The notes: generated by a model not told the origin, from the sequence alone. Shown: positions 9,103 to 18,904, counted from the first letter of the stretch. The stretch is DNA of 37,929 nucleotides from Candidatus Hydrogenedentota bacterium (GCA_046583315.1 JAYGCN010000209.1:1-37929); one strand, 5' to 3'. A program made the numbers and translations.

Positions 9103-9567
9103 GTGGTATTTCCAGGCATTACATTGCAGAACAAGCGAGAGCAGCTCGGGTTTTCACGTCAGGATATCACCGACCACCTTTCGATCCCCGCCGACGTTAT
9201 CCTGGCCTTCGAATCTGCAGATCGTGACAATTTTCCCGATTGGATTTTTGCAGTGGGCTTTCTGCGCTCCTGTTGTTCGTTTCTGGGAATCGAAGCGGAA
9301 TCCATGATCGCGGAATTGGAACTAGCAACGAAAAAAACTACTACTGTACGCCAGGATCATGCAGGTATCGCGTTTCGATTACCGGCGATTCAACTACCCC
9401 GTTTCTCGATAACGATTCCGCCGGAAGTCGTGGCGTGGGTTTCCGTGACCGCGCTTGTTCTACTGGGATGGTTTACGTACAGCACGGTAATTCCATCGAA
9501 CACAAATCAGACTGAAGCAATGTCCATTGGTACGAAGGTGCCAGATGTTAGATACGGTCGCGAATAG
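9103..9567 (+). CDS. RodZ-like helix-turn-helix membrane protein (short, no large periplasmic domain)
   Basis: GITLQNKREQLGFS...LAFE...FAVGFLRS..FLG resembles the RodZ HTH; one TM near the C-terminus; AAGGAG RBS before GTG. Confidence 0.78.
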   Translation: MVFPGITLQNKREQLGFSRQDITDHLSIPADVILAFESADRDNFPDWIFAVGFLRSCCSFLGIEAESMIAELELATKKTTTVRQDHAGIAFRLPAIQLPRFSITIPPEVVAWVSVTALVLLGWFTYSTVIPSNTNQTEAMSIGTKVPDVRYGRE

Positions 9568-9573
9568 ATTTAA

Positions 9574-9828
9574 TCACTCAGGGGATTCTTCATGTTTCTT
9601 AGGCAGAAGCTTTTCACGTTCTCGATTTCGTTCCGCAACAAGAGAGTCCAACGTCGGAATCGATTCACTCGATAACGGTTTCGAACAGGGTTCCTCCATC
9701 CCTGTTTGAACCGCTGTCGTGGAATGGTCGCCGAGTGTTTCAGACCATGTTTCGTCTTCGCTATCCTGAATGGCTGACCATTTTCGCCATGCCGTTACGA
9801 GGATCTCTTTGAGTCGGCCCGCTATCAT
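9574..9828 (-). CDS. Hypothetical protein (84 aa)
   Basis: ATG with GGAG upstream; fills the gap downstream of the Ni/Co transporter; no recognised motif. Confidence 0.55.
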   Translation of the reverse strand: MIAGRLKEILVTAWRKWSAIQDSEDETWSETLGDHSTTAVQTGMEEPCSKPLSSESIPTLDSLVAERNREREKLLPKKHEESPE

Positions 9829-9849
9829 GTCACTATCTCCCGATGCTGA

Positions 9850-11514
9850 TTAACCCGGCAACACGATAAAGTTGAACTGAACCAGGGTCATAAAGACCAT
9901 GATGCATCCGAGGCCGGTAATGAGCACGGACGAAATCACCGGAAGCAGCAACAGAATTGGGCTGCGTTGTCCTATGCGCTCACGAATGCCTCCAGACGCT
10001 TTGACGACCGCGATACCGATGGCTACCAGGACCGTCGCGAGCCCGATGCTAAAAGTCGTGATCATCAGTAATCCGAGCGGTAATCGGCCTAGATTGATGG
10101 CCAGCAATAACACGATCAACGCCGCTGGACACGGCACGATTCCACCGGACACACCGAGCCAGAAAATATTCCAATAGGTGGGCGGTTTCCCGTCTACACC
10201 TTCGATCACGTGGGAATGCCCATGCGGACCATGGTGGTGGTCATGCGAGTGTGCGTGGTCATGATCGTGTTCATGATGATGATCGTGGCTGTGGTCGTGA
10301 CTATGCGCCCGGCTGCCGTATCGCTGGAGGATGTAACTCCGATAACGCCGCACGAAAAGCATCAGGCCGATTCCGATGATAATGGTACCGGACGCCAGAC
10401 TCGTCCAGAATACCAGGGTCTGCTCCTGCACTTGTTCCCCGGCATACAGAATGATCAGGCCCAGCAAGAAGACGCTCCAGACGTGAACGACGGTCACGAT
10501 GATACCCAACGCGACAGCATGCAGCACAGTGCCGCGTTCTCCGATGAGATAGGCGGCCATCACTGTCTTGCCGTGCCCCGGCGAAAAGGCGTGTCCCATG
10601 CCCAACACCAGCGCGATGATCATCGCCATAACGATCATGAATGTGGTTGGTTCCTCGGAGCGGATGATGTCGGTAATCTGTCTGAGCATGCCTTCGGATC
10701 GAGGAGAAGTTACGATGCTGCGCGCTGGCGCGATCACCATGGCCGTTGCTTCATTGGGGGCTGTGGAAGTATCGCCGTTGATGACCTCTTCACCCTGCGC
10801 GAGCACGATGCGTTCTTCCGTGTCGACTCGGGCCGTGGCGGTCCAGTCGAAATCCGGACGCGTGAATGTTTCCCCTAGCGAGGCGGGATCGCCGGAGTGG
10901 ATATCCACGCGAAAAACGTTGTAGAAGCTCTGAAGCAAGGGGTTATCCAGCTCGTCCTTCATAACGAGTTGCATGTAACGAAGCTCTTCGTCGTCCTTGT
11001 AGGGCCCGTAATCCACAGAATAACGTCCATCCAGCAGCACGACCGACTCCCGATAACCTTGGGCATTCTCGTGTACCATGGACCGAAATACGATACTTGT
11101 TTTCGCATCCGCATCGGGCCACTTGAATCCCGGTATCGTCATATCAAGGAAGATATTGAATACGGGCATGCCGCCAGATCCTTCGTAAATTTCGACGGCT
11201 TTGCGCGCGAGAGTGGGTTGGTACGTCTTATCCCCAATCGAAAAAAGTATCTTGTTGGTCAGTTCAGGCGCGACCAGATCGAGATAGGCATCGATTTCCT
11301 CTTTACTCATCTCATCATTCAGGTCAGTATCCAAACGGTCCATTTCAGTGAAGGATGGGATTTCTGCGATATCCAATAGATAGAAGACCTTGAAGTCCTC
11401 ACCGCGCAGGTCGAGCAACCAGTATTGATTGATGGAGAAGTTGCCGAGCGGATGCGCGGATGCCAGCGTCGTAGCGAACATGCACACGAGAAGAATTAGG
11501 GGACGAAGATTCAT
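9850..11514 (-). CDS. RcnA/NicO-family nickel/cobalt transporter with exported N-terminal domain
   Basis: Signal peptide ending ASA-HPLGNFSIN, HAFSPGHGKTVM, His-rich loop, GGIVPCPAAL, about 6 TMs; ATG 11514 fits the signal peptide. Confidence 0.88.
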   Translation of the reverse strand: MNLRPLILLVCMFATTLASAHPLGNFSINQYWLLDLRGEDFKVFYLLDIAEIPSFTEMDRLDTDLNDEMSKEEIDAYLDLVAPELTNKILFSIGDKTYQPTLARKAVEIYEGSGGMPVFNIFLDMTIPGFKWPDADAKTSIVFRSMVHENAQGYRESVVLLDGRYSVDYGPYKDDEELRYMQLVMKDELDNPLLQSFYNVFRVDIHSGDPASLGETFTRPDFDWTATARVDTEERIVLAQGEEVINGDTSTAPNEATAMVIAPARSIVTSPRSEGMLRQITDIIRSEEPTTFMIVMAMIIALVLGMGHAFSPGHGKTVMAAYLIGERGTVLHAVALGIIVTVVHVWSVFLLGLIILYAGEQVQEQTLVFWTSLASGTIIIGIGLMLFVRRYRSYILQRYGSRAHSHDHSHDHHHEHDHDHAHSHDHHHGPHGHSHVIEGVDGKPPTYWNIFWLGVSGGIVPCPAALIVLLLAINLGRLPLGLLMITTFSIGLATVLVAIGIAVVKASGGIRERIGQRSPILLLLPVISSVLITGLGCIMVFMTLVQFNFIVLPG

Positions 11515-11623
11515 ATCGAAATATATTCCAGACCCGACCAGCGGGTGATTTATCGCAAACTCATTATAGGCGGAACCCAATCATACTAAATTATATAGAT
11601 AGGATACATCCGCACACCGGAAA

Positions 11624-11652
11624 TTGCGGTCGCGGTCAGAATTGGGTATGCT
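11624..11652 (+). promoter_or_regulatory. Putative sigma70 promoter for mpl
   Basis: TTGCGG-17 nt-TATGCT, 24 nt before the ATG. Confidence 0.4.
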
Positions 11653-11676
11653 CAATGGCAGGGGGACAATTGTCAC

Positions 11677-13089
11677 ATGATACTTTCATCCGATCACAAA
11701 CCATCGGTCCATTTTTCGGGGGTTGGCGGCACGGGTATGGTCGCCGGTGCACGGCTGGCCCTGGAATCTGGCTGGGAGGTCCGCGGAAGTGACATGCCGC
11801 TCTATCCCCCGACTTCCGAGATGGTCAAGGCATTGGGTATCCCAATTTACGAAGGCTACGCCGCTAGCAACCTGGACTGGAATCCTGATGTCGTGGTTAT
11901 TGGCAACGCGCTAAGTCGCGGAAACGACGAGGTGGAGGCAGTCCTTGAACGGGGAATGCACTACATCAGTTTTCCCGAATGGCTGAAGGATGCCTTGTTA
12001 CGCGACCGGCGTTCCGTAGTGATTACCGGCACACACGGGAAAACTACGACCACTTCGATCACCGCCCACGTCTTGCAAGAGTGCGGCTTGAACCCCGGTT
12101 ACCTCATTGGCGGTCAGCCGCTTAATTTCACCCATTCAGCGGCAATCGGTGAAGTCGGCGCTCCCTTTGTCGTTGAAGGCGATGAATACGACACGGCCTT
12201 TTTCGATAAGCGGGCGAAATTTTTTCATTACATCCCTGAGATCGCCGCAATCACTTCGTTGGAATACGATCACGCCGATATCTATGAATCCGTTGAAGCT
12301 ATCGAGCTCGCGTTTCAGCGTATGCTCCGCCAGATTCCGCGCTCGGGGCATCTCATTCTGTGCGCGGACGATGAGCGCGTGATGAATCTGCGCGACCATG
12401 CCTTCTCGCAGGTGCATACCTACGGCGTATCGGACGCGGCAGAGTGGAAAATCGCTGATATCAAGAACGCCGATGGCGTGCAGCAGTGCACCGTGCATCA
12501 CGACGGCGCACTCTGGGGGTCATTTACTTCATCCCTTTATGGCGAACACAATATGAAGAATTGTTTGGTGGCCATCATCACCGCCTCACTGTTCGACGCT
12601 ACACCTGAAGCGATACAAGCCGCCTTGGCATCATTCTCCGGTATTCGGCGGCGATTGGAACACTTTCACACCTGGAACGACATATTTTTTCTGGATGATT
12701 TTGCGCACCATCCAACAGCTATCGAGGAAACGATTCGTGCCGTGAAGGGACGCTGGCCCGGAAAACGCGTGACCGTGTGTTTCGATCCGCGCTCCAATAC
12801 GATGGCTACCAATATTTTTCAGTTCGAACTCGAGGCATCCCTCAGCGAGGCGGACGAAGTTTGGGTTGGCCCGATTTTCAGGCCGGAAAAGTACACCCCC
12901 GAAACGATTCTTGACCGCGATGGTATGGTCGAACGACTGTGTGAGCACGGCGTAGCGGCGCATGCCGGCACTCCAGAAGAGATTGTGGCTCATTTCAAGG
13001 CGACATCCGACGAACAGAAAATCATCCTTTGTTGTAGTAATGGCTCCTTCGGCGGCATCTACCAACTGATTCGAGATGAATTGACCTAG
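11677..13089 (+). CDS. mpl: Murein peptide ligase (MurC/Mpl family)
   Basis: GVGGTGM, YPPTS, GNALSRGN, GTHGKTTT, EGDEYDTAFFDKRAKF, DDFAHHPTAI, PRSNT, SNGSFGGI (Mpl-type rather than MurC). Confidence 0.9.
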   Translation: MILSSDHKPSVHFSGVGGTGMVAGARLALESGWEVRGSDMPLYPPTSEMVKALGIPIYEGYAASNLDWNPDVVVIGNALSRGNDEVEAVLERGMHYISFPEWLKDALLRDRRSVVITGTHGKTTTTSITAHVLQECGLNPGYLIGGQPLNFTHSAAIGEVGAPFVVEGDEYDTAFFDKRAKFFHYIPEIAAITSLEYDHADIYESVEAIELAFQRMLRQIPRSGHLILCADDERVMNLRDHAFSQVHTYGVSDAAEWKIADIKNADGVQQCTVHHDGALWGSFTSSLYGEHNMKNCLVAIITASLFDATPEAIQAALASFSGIRRRLEHFHTWNDIFFLDDFAHHPTAIEETIRAVKGRWPGKRVTVCFDPRSNTMATNIFQFELEASLSEADEVWVGPIFRPEKYTPETILDRDGMVERLCEHGVAAHAGTPEEIVAHFKATSDEQKIILCCSNGSFGGIYQLIRDELT

Positions 13090-13886
13090 GCCAGCTGTAG
13101 TTCTCGCGCAGCGAACTCCACAGCGTTGCGAAACAGTTGCAGACCTGCTCCTTCATCCGCAAGAGAAGTCTCGCGTGTCCAACTTGGATGATTCGTGGCA
13201 TCGAGAAATGCCTCGGGATGGGGCATCAGGCCGAATAGACGACCAGAGGGATCACAGACTCCCGCAATATCGTCCACCGAACCGTTGGGGTTGCCGGGAA
13301 ACTGTCCATCGCAGGATATTCCCTCGGAATTGGCGTAACGCAACGCGATCTGGCCGTTCTCCTGCAAGCGACGCAAGGTCTCATCATCCCGGGGAATAAA
13401 TTTACCCTCCCCATGACGAATGGGTGATTCAAGCAACTCAATGTCCTTCAGCCAAACGCAGTTCGTCGTCACATCTTTTTTGAGATGCACCCAACGATTC
13501 TCAAATCGATCCGAATCGTTATGGGTTAACGTGACTTCCTGCGTAAATTCACCTTCAAAGAATGGAAGTAGACCCATCTTGACCATAACCTGAAAGCCGT
13601 TGCAGATTCCGATAGCGAGTTTGCCGTCCTGAGCAAAGCGTTGTAATTCCGCACCGAGCTTATGGCGCATGCGGTTGGCGAAAATCTTGCCCGACGCGAC
13701 GTCATCGCCATAGGAGAAACCGCCGGGAATCGCCAGAATCTGATAGTCGTGTATCGCCGACGGGTTTCGCATGAGATCGGTTAGGTGAATACAATCAGCG
13801 TCCGACCCGGCACGTTCGAAGGCCACCTTCGTCTCGTTCTCGCAATTTATGCCAAAGCCGGTCAATATGACAGTTTTTATCGACAC
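13086..13886 (-). CDS. purQ: FGAM synthase glutaminase subunit
   Basis: GINCENE, PGGFSYGD, GICNGFQ, HGEG, NPNGS, GLMPHPE. Confidence 0.96.
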   Translation of the reverse strand: MSIKTVILTGFGINCENETKVAFERAGSDADCIHLTDLMRNPSAIHDYQILAIPGGFSYGDDVASGKIFANRMRHKLGAELQRFAQDGKLAIGICNGFQVMVKMGLLPFFEGEFTQEVTLTHNDSDRFENRWVHLKKDVTTNCVWLKDIELLESPIRHGEGKFIPRDDETLRRLQENGQIALRYANSEGISCDGQFPGNPNGSVDDIAGVCDPSGRLFGLMPHPEAFLDATNHPSWTRETSLADEGAGLQLFRNAVEFAARELQLA

Positions 13887-13898
13887 GTTACGTCCTTC

Positions 13899-16880
13899 CT
13901 ACCAATTAAGCGTGTTCTTCCACGCGGTATTGAGTTCATCAAGTGAGGATTCTACAAGTACGGTCGCCCTATCGGAGATACGAAGCACGGGCTCCTGGGT
14001 TACTACACCGAGCTTCACGAAATGCGTCGCACTCATCTGCGCTTCAAAAGATTCCGCACGTTGCGGGGACACCGTCACCACCAAACGGGACTGGCTTTCG
14101 CTGAACAACGCGATCACCGAGTTCTCGACATTGATACCCGTAATATCCAGTTCCATGCCCAAACGCCCCGCTCCGGCAGTCTCAGCCAGCGCGGTACCAA
14201 GTCCCCCATCCGAGCAATCGTGACACGAGGCCACCCAGCCGGATTGTATCGCTTCATGCAGCGCCTCGTAGCGTTCTCGGGCACGAGCCGCATCTACACG
14301 TGGCACGTTCGCGCCGAGTTCGCCCTGCAATGCCAGATATTCGCTGCCGCCCATTTCGTCCAAGGTCTCGCCAAGTACATAGACGATATCGCCTGCCTGT
14401 TTCGCGTCCATGGATATCGTTTTCGTAACGTCCTCGATTATTGCTGAGGCGGTAAACAAAACAGTCGGCGGTATAGAGATTTTTGTGTCGCCAATCTTGT
14501 AATCATTCTTCATACTGTCTTTACCACTGATTAATGGAATATCATAGGCGACACACACATCCTTTAACGCTTCACAGCAGCGCACGAGCTGGGCGAGCTT
14601 GTGGCGACCGTCCGGGGTCTTCTCGCTTTCCACAGGATCAGGCCAGCAGAAGTTGTCCAGACCTGCGATGGTGCCCAACTTGGCTCCAACGCACACGAGG
14701 TTACGCACGGTCTCGTCAATCGCTGCGGCCATCATCCAGTAGGCATCCAGGTCGCTGTATTTGGGCGTGATGCCGCATGCGATGGCGATGCCTTTTTTCG
14801 AGCCTGCTACCGGACGAATTACGGAGGCATCCCCCGGTCCGTCGGCTTCGATGCCCTGGAATTGCTTTAGCACGCTCTGACCCTGCACTTCGTGGTCGTA
14901 CATGCGCACGAAGGATTCTTTGCTGCATACGTTCAAGGATCCGAGCACGGCCTTCAGCGCGTCATTGTAGTCGATATCAGTAGAAATGGTCACTGGTTTA
15001 GGTGCGACAGGCGATAATTTCGCCTTAAGCTGCATCGTCGGTACACCTTTATGCAGAAACTCCATGCTCAACGAGCCGATACGAGTGCCCTCATAGAAAC
15101 ATTCGAGGCGTCCGGAATCGGTGAAGGTGCCGATTCGTGATATTTCTACCTCGCGCAACTCAGCCAATTTTTGCAGTTGAGGAAGTTTTTCCGGGCGAAC
15201 CGCGAGTGTCATGCGTTCCTGAGCCTCGGAGAGGAAAATCTCCCAAGGGGCGAGTCCGGCGTATTTCAGCGGCGCACGGTCAAGGTGTACTTCACACCCG
15301 TCACTGTCCCTAGCCATTTCGCCGATGCTCGACGACAGACCGCCAGCACCGTTATCCGTTATACAGCTGAACAGGCCCTGGTCGCGGGCCTCCATAATGA
15401 AATCGCTCATTTTCTTTTGGGTAATGGGATCGCCAATCTGCACCGCAGTAGCCGGGGATCCTTCGTGCAATTCTTCAGACGAAAACGTCGCGCCGTGGAT
15501 ACCGTCTTTGCCTATGCGTCCGCCTGTCATGACAATGTAGTCGCCGGGAGAAGCTTTTTTGTCTTCGCTCGGTTTCCCGGCAACCAATCGCGGAATAAGG
15601 CCACCTGTACCGCAAAAGACCAATGGTTTGCCAAGGAATCGGTCATGAAATACGATAGCGCCATTCACATTCGGGATACCGCTTTCGTTTCCGCCATCAC
15701 GAACCCCTGCATGTACACCGCGCAGCACTCGCTTGGGATGCAACAGTCGCGCTGGAATGTCTCCCTCGTAATACGGCGATGCGACGCAGAAGACGTCAGT
15801 ATTAAAGATGCATCGACAACCCATACCCGCGCCCATAATGTCACGGTTCACGCCCACGATGCCGGTCATCGCGCCGCCGTAAGGGTCCAGGGCAGACGGA
15901 CTGTTATGGGTCTCCGCTTTGAGTGAAAAGTTGTAGTCGTCATCGAATCGAACGATACCCGCGTTATCATCGAAAACGCTTACCAGCCAGTCGACTTTTT
16001 CTCCAACGATATCGGTTGTGGCCTTCACGTAATTTTTGAACAGGCCATCGATTATACGGGTGTTGCTGTCCTCGTCGGTATACTCAATGGTCGCCGCGAA
16101 GATTTTGTGTTTACAATGTTCCGACCATGTCTGCGCCAAGATTTCGATTTCAATGTCGGTCGCTGTTTCGGGTAGTCCAAGCGTCTGGCGCTCCGCGATT
16201 GTTTTCGAACTCTCATAATAGGCTTGAATGGCCTTCATCTCGTTCAGCTCGAGCGCAAGCGTGTTATCGCGACTGATCGCCATCAGTGCGTCATCTGAAA
16301 TGGCGAGGTCAATTGCATGGACCTCAGTATCACTTATGTCGGTGACGATGGGGATTTCCAGCGATTCGAATGGCTTGCTCTCGTCTGCACGATGAATGGT
16401 CCAATGCTGAATAAGTGCATTAGCCAGCAGGTCGCAGGTAAATCCGTCGCATTGTTCTTCAGTGAGGGAGCCCTTTACAGCATATTGAATCGAACTGTAG
16501 ACCGCCTCGTCGTCGCTAAATGACCTTCCAAGTACATCCTCGATGCCCTCAGCGGAACTCTTCCCAACATTGTCCGTCACGCCGGGTAGAAAGCCGACTT
16601 CAATAAGGAAATCATAGTCATCCGTATAAAGCGCGTCCACGGTCGAATCCTGAATGATGGGGTCGGTAAACAACTCTGTACGCACCTGTTCGATTTCATC
16701 CCCGGTAATGTCCGCGTGAATGGTGTAGACGTTGATCGCGCGTACGTCGTCGACTTCAATTCCAAGGTCGTCTTTTAGCTGGTGCCGCACGTCTTGCCCA
16801 GCGGGATCCCGAAAGCTGGATTTCATTCCCACAGAAATACGGTAGGTTTTGAGACCGCTCTTAGTCTTCGCTTGGGGCAT
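13899..16880 (-). CDS. purL: FGAM synthase synthetase subunit with N-terminal PurS-like modules
   Basis: QTWSEHCKHK, DNAG, KAETHNSPSALDP, GKDGIHGATFSS, DNGAGGL, SEAQERM, GKDSM, HDCSDGG; ATG 16880 with AAAGGAA overlaps the purM end. Confidence 0.96.
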   Translation of the reverse strand: MPQAKTKSGLKTYRISVGMKSSFRDPAGQDVRHQLKDDLGIEVDDVRAINVYTIHADITGDEIEQVRTELFTDPIIQDSTVDALYTDDYDFLIEVGFLPGVTDNVGKSSAEGIEDVLGRSFSDDEAVYSSIQYAVKGSLTEEQCDGFTCDLLANALIQHWTIHRADESKPFESLEIPIVTDISDTEVHAIDLAISDDALMAISRDNTLALELNEMKAIQAYYESSKTIAERQTLGLPETATDIEIEILAQTWSEHCKHKIFAATIEYTDEDSNTRIIDGLFKNYVKATTDIVGEKVDWLVSVFDDNAGIVRFDDDYNFSLKAETHNSPSALDPYGGAMTGIVGVNRDIMGAGMGCRCIFNTDVFCVASPYYEGDIPARLLHPKRVLRGVHAGVRDGGNESGIPNVNGAIVFHDRFLGKPLVFCGTGGLIPRLVAGKPSEDKKASPGDYIVMTGGRIGKDGIHGATFSSEELHEGSPATAVQIGDPITQKKMSDFIMEARDQGLFSCITDNGAGGLSSSIGEMARDSDGCEVHLDRAPLKYAGLAPWEIFLSEAQERMTLAVRPEKLPQLQKLAELREVEISRIGTFTDSGRLECFYEGTRIGSLSMEFLHKGVPTMQLKAKLSPVAPKPVTISTDIDYNDALKAVLGSLNVCSKESFVRMYDHEVQGQSVLKQFQGIEADGPGDASVIRPVAGSKKGIAIACGITPKYSDLDAYWMMAAAIDETVRNLVCVGAKLGTIAGLDNFCWPDPVESEKTPDGRHKLAQLVRCCEALKDVCVAYDIPLISGKDSMKNDYKIGDTKISIPPTVLFTASAIIEDVTKTISMDAKQAGDIVYVLGETLDEMGGSEYLALQGELGANVPRVDAARARERYEALHEAIQSGWVASCHDCSDGGLGTALAETAGAGRLGMELDITGINVENSVIALFSESQSRLVVTVSPQRAESFEAQMSATHFVKLGVVTQEPVLRISDRATVLVESSLDELNTAWKNTLNW

Positions 16881-17937
16881 GGACGAAATTTCCTTTGTAG
16901 GATACTTTCTGCTGCTCATCTGCAATGATATGACCCAGTACGACCGGTTCTTCCAGCGCTTGACGAAACGCGTCCAGTGCCTTTTCCTGCTCGTCTTTTG
17001 CGACAATCACCATGAATCCTTGGCCACAATTGAATACCCGGAGCATTTCTTTTTGCTGAACGTTCCCCGTACGTTGAAGGTAGGAAAAGATTGGAGGAAT
17101 CTTCCAGGATTCAAGATCGATTTCAGCGCCCAGACCATCGGGGAGTACCCGGGGAAGGTTATCCGTAATGCCGCCGCCCGTAATGTGAACCATGCCGCGT
17201 ACGTTCACGATGCGCGTGACAACCTGCATGACTTTCGCGTATTCACGGTGCGGAGCCATCAACGCCTCGCCCAGAGACTTGCCTGTACCGGGCATGGGTG
17301 AGCTCGCTTCCAATGCCGCAACCTCAAAACAAATCTTGCGCGCGAGGCTGTAGCCGTTCGTATGAAGTCCTGATGAATTCAATCCAATAATGACATCGCC
17401 TTCGCCAATTGTGGTTCCATCGATAATTTTATCTCGATCGACGATACCGACTATCGTACCAGCAAGGTCGTATTCGCCGTGGTCATACATGCCCGGCATC
17501 TCAGCCGTCTCGCCGCCTATCAATGAACAGCCAGCGTATCGGCAACCCGTCGCGAGACCCGTGATCACCGCCTCTACAACGTCGGGGTCTAGCTTGCCGA
17601 AAGCGAGGTAGTCCAAAAAGAAAAGGGGTCGCGCACCCTGAACAAGGATGTCGTTCACGCAATGAGATACAAGATCGATCCCGATGGTATCGTGAATGCC
17701 TGTCATGAATGCCAGCTTGAGTTTGGTCCCTACGCCGTCGACGCTGGACACCAGCACGGGCTTCTCAATATTGATACCTTCTATGCTATACATTGCGCCG
17801 AAGGATCCGATATCCCGAAGGACATTTTGGTCGAAGGTTCGTTTGATGGCTTCTTTGGCGCGGCTTAATGACTCGTCCGCCGCGTCAATATTCACGCCTG
17901 CATCGCGATAACTCAGTGGTTTTTGTTCTTGTGACAT
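16861..17937 (-). CDS. purM: Phosphoribosylformylglycinamidine cyclo-ligase (AIR synthetase)
   Basis: SYRDAGVNID, DGVGTK, PLFFLDY, GGETAEMP, SSGLHTNGYSL, HITGGG, FNCG. Confidence 0.97.
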   Translation of the reverse strand: MSQEQKPLSYRDAGVNIDAADESLSRAKEAIKRTFDQNVLRDIGSFGAMYSIEGINIEKPVLVSSVDGVGTKLKLAFMTGIHDTIGIDLVSHCVNDILVQGARPLFFLDYLAFGKLDPDVVEAVITGLATGCRYAGCSLIGGETAEMPGMYDHGEYDLAGTIVGIVDRDKIIDGTTIGEGDVIIGLNSSGLHTNGYSLARKICFEVAALEASSPMPGTGKSLGEALMAPHREYAKVMQVVTRIVNVRGMVHITGGGITDNLPRVLPDGLGAEIDLESWKIPPIFSYLQRTGNVQQKEMLRVFNCGQGFMVIVAKDEQEKALDAFRQALEEPVVLGHIIADEQQKVSYKGNFVHAPSED

Positions 17938-18005
17938 GGAATCCCCTCACCAGTTGTTGTGAACAGCCAGAAGATAACAGATAGCAAACGATAAATCTAA
18001 TGAAA

Positions 18006-18039
18006 ATAAATTATCTATATGATAAACTTATCTTATCAT
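18006..18039. promoter_or_regulatory. LysR-type operator(s), T-N11-A boxes
   Basis: Perfect inverted repeat ATGATAA-N7-TTATCAT at 18019-18039 and ATA-N9-TAT at 18006-18020, in the AT-rich purM/LysR intergenic region. Confidence 0.7.
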
Positions 18040-18904
18040 GCTAAACCTAGACGCCATAGAGACTTTCTGTGTACTTGTTGAGACAGGCAACTTTCGTCGG
18101 GCCTCTGAACATCTTAACCGTACCCAGCCTGCGGTCACTCAGCAACTCAAACGTCTCGAAGCTGAGGTCGGGCATTTACTCCTTGACCGCAAGCGTCGTG
18201 TACCTACACCCAAAGGCGAATTGCTTTATGCCAAAGGCAAAAAACTTCTTCAGGACGCACGCGATATTCCGCGACTAATTTCTGACGAAGCGAACGAACT
18301 CGGAAGCAGCCTTCGCGTCGGCACCAGTGACACCAACGCGCTCTATTTTCTTCCTGAGTACGTGCGCATGTTTACGGCACAGTGGCCTGAAACCAAACTC
18401 GAAATCCACAGCCGATCAACAGACAGCGTAGCCGCAGAAGTGGTTGACGGAAAGCTGGACCTCGGAATTATTACCTTGCCCCTCTCCCACGCCGATCTTG
18501 AAACCCGTGCGCTCTATCATCAACAGCTTCAGATTGTCGTTCCGCGTGAACATCGATTGACAGAGAGAAAGACGACCCGCTTAGGGGAACTCACCGATGA
18601 ACCGTTTGTCCTGCTCTACCCTTCCACGCGTACCGGAACCCAAATCGAACAGTTCTTCACCGAACGAAACTTCGACGCGAGCGTTTCGATGTACAGTGGA
18701 AGTTTCGAGGTCGTAAAACGCTATGTACGAGAAGGACTTGGTATCGCGATTCTTCCTGAAATGGTCATGACCTCTTCCGACGCCGATGACCTCGTTACGT
18801 TGCGGATGGACGGTTTGCCGAAGATCGGAATCGGTGCCATCTGGCACAAAGACCGATATCAAACAAAAGTCGCACAGGCTTTTCTGGAGATACTAAGCGG
18901 CTGA
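18038..18904 (+). CDS. LysR-family transcriptional regulator
   Basis: NFRRASEHLNRTQPAVTQQLKRLE...LLDR HTH; LRVG, DLGI and VREGLGIAILP in the substrate-binding domain. Confidence 0.95.
   Translation: MLNLDAIETFCVLVETGNFRRASEHLNRTQPAVTQQLKRLEAEVGHLLLDRKRRVPTPKGELLYAKGKKLLQDARDIPRLISDEANELGSSLRVGTSDTNALYFLPEYVRMFTAQWPETKLEIHSRSTDSVAAEVVDGKLDLGIITLPLSHADLETRALYHQQLQIVVPREHRLTERKTTRLGELTDEPFVLLYPSTRTGTQIEQFFTERNFDASVSMYSGSFEVVKRYVREGLGIAILPEMVMTSSDADDLVTLRMDGLPKIGIGAIWHKDRYQTKVAQAFLEILSG

Noticed and set aside
10210..10305. Short tandem CAY-GAY-like DNA repeats
   Set aside because: Fully explained by the His-rich coding loop; not a CRISPR array or independent repeat
16881..17006. Extended PurL N-terminus from the ORF track
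   Set aside because: Overlaps purM by more than 140 nt; ATG 16880 has an RBS and fits better
17938..18037. Purine, ZTP or PRPP riboswitch upstream of purM
   Set aside because: The region is short, AT-rich and taken up by promoter/operator motifs; no aptamer-like stems seen
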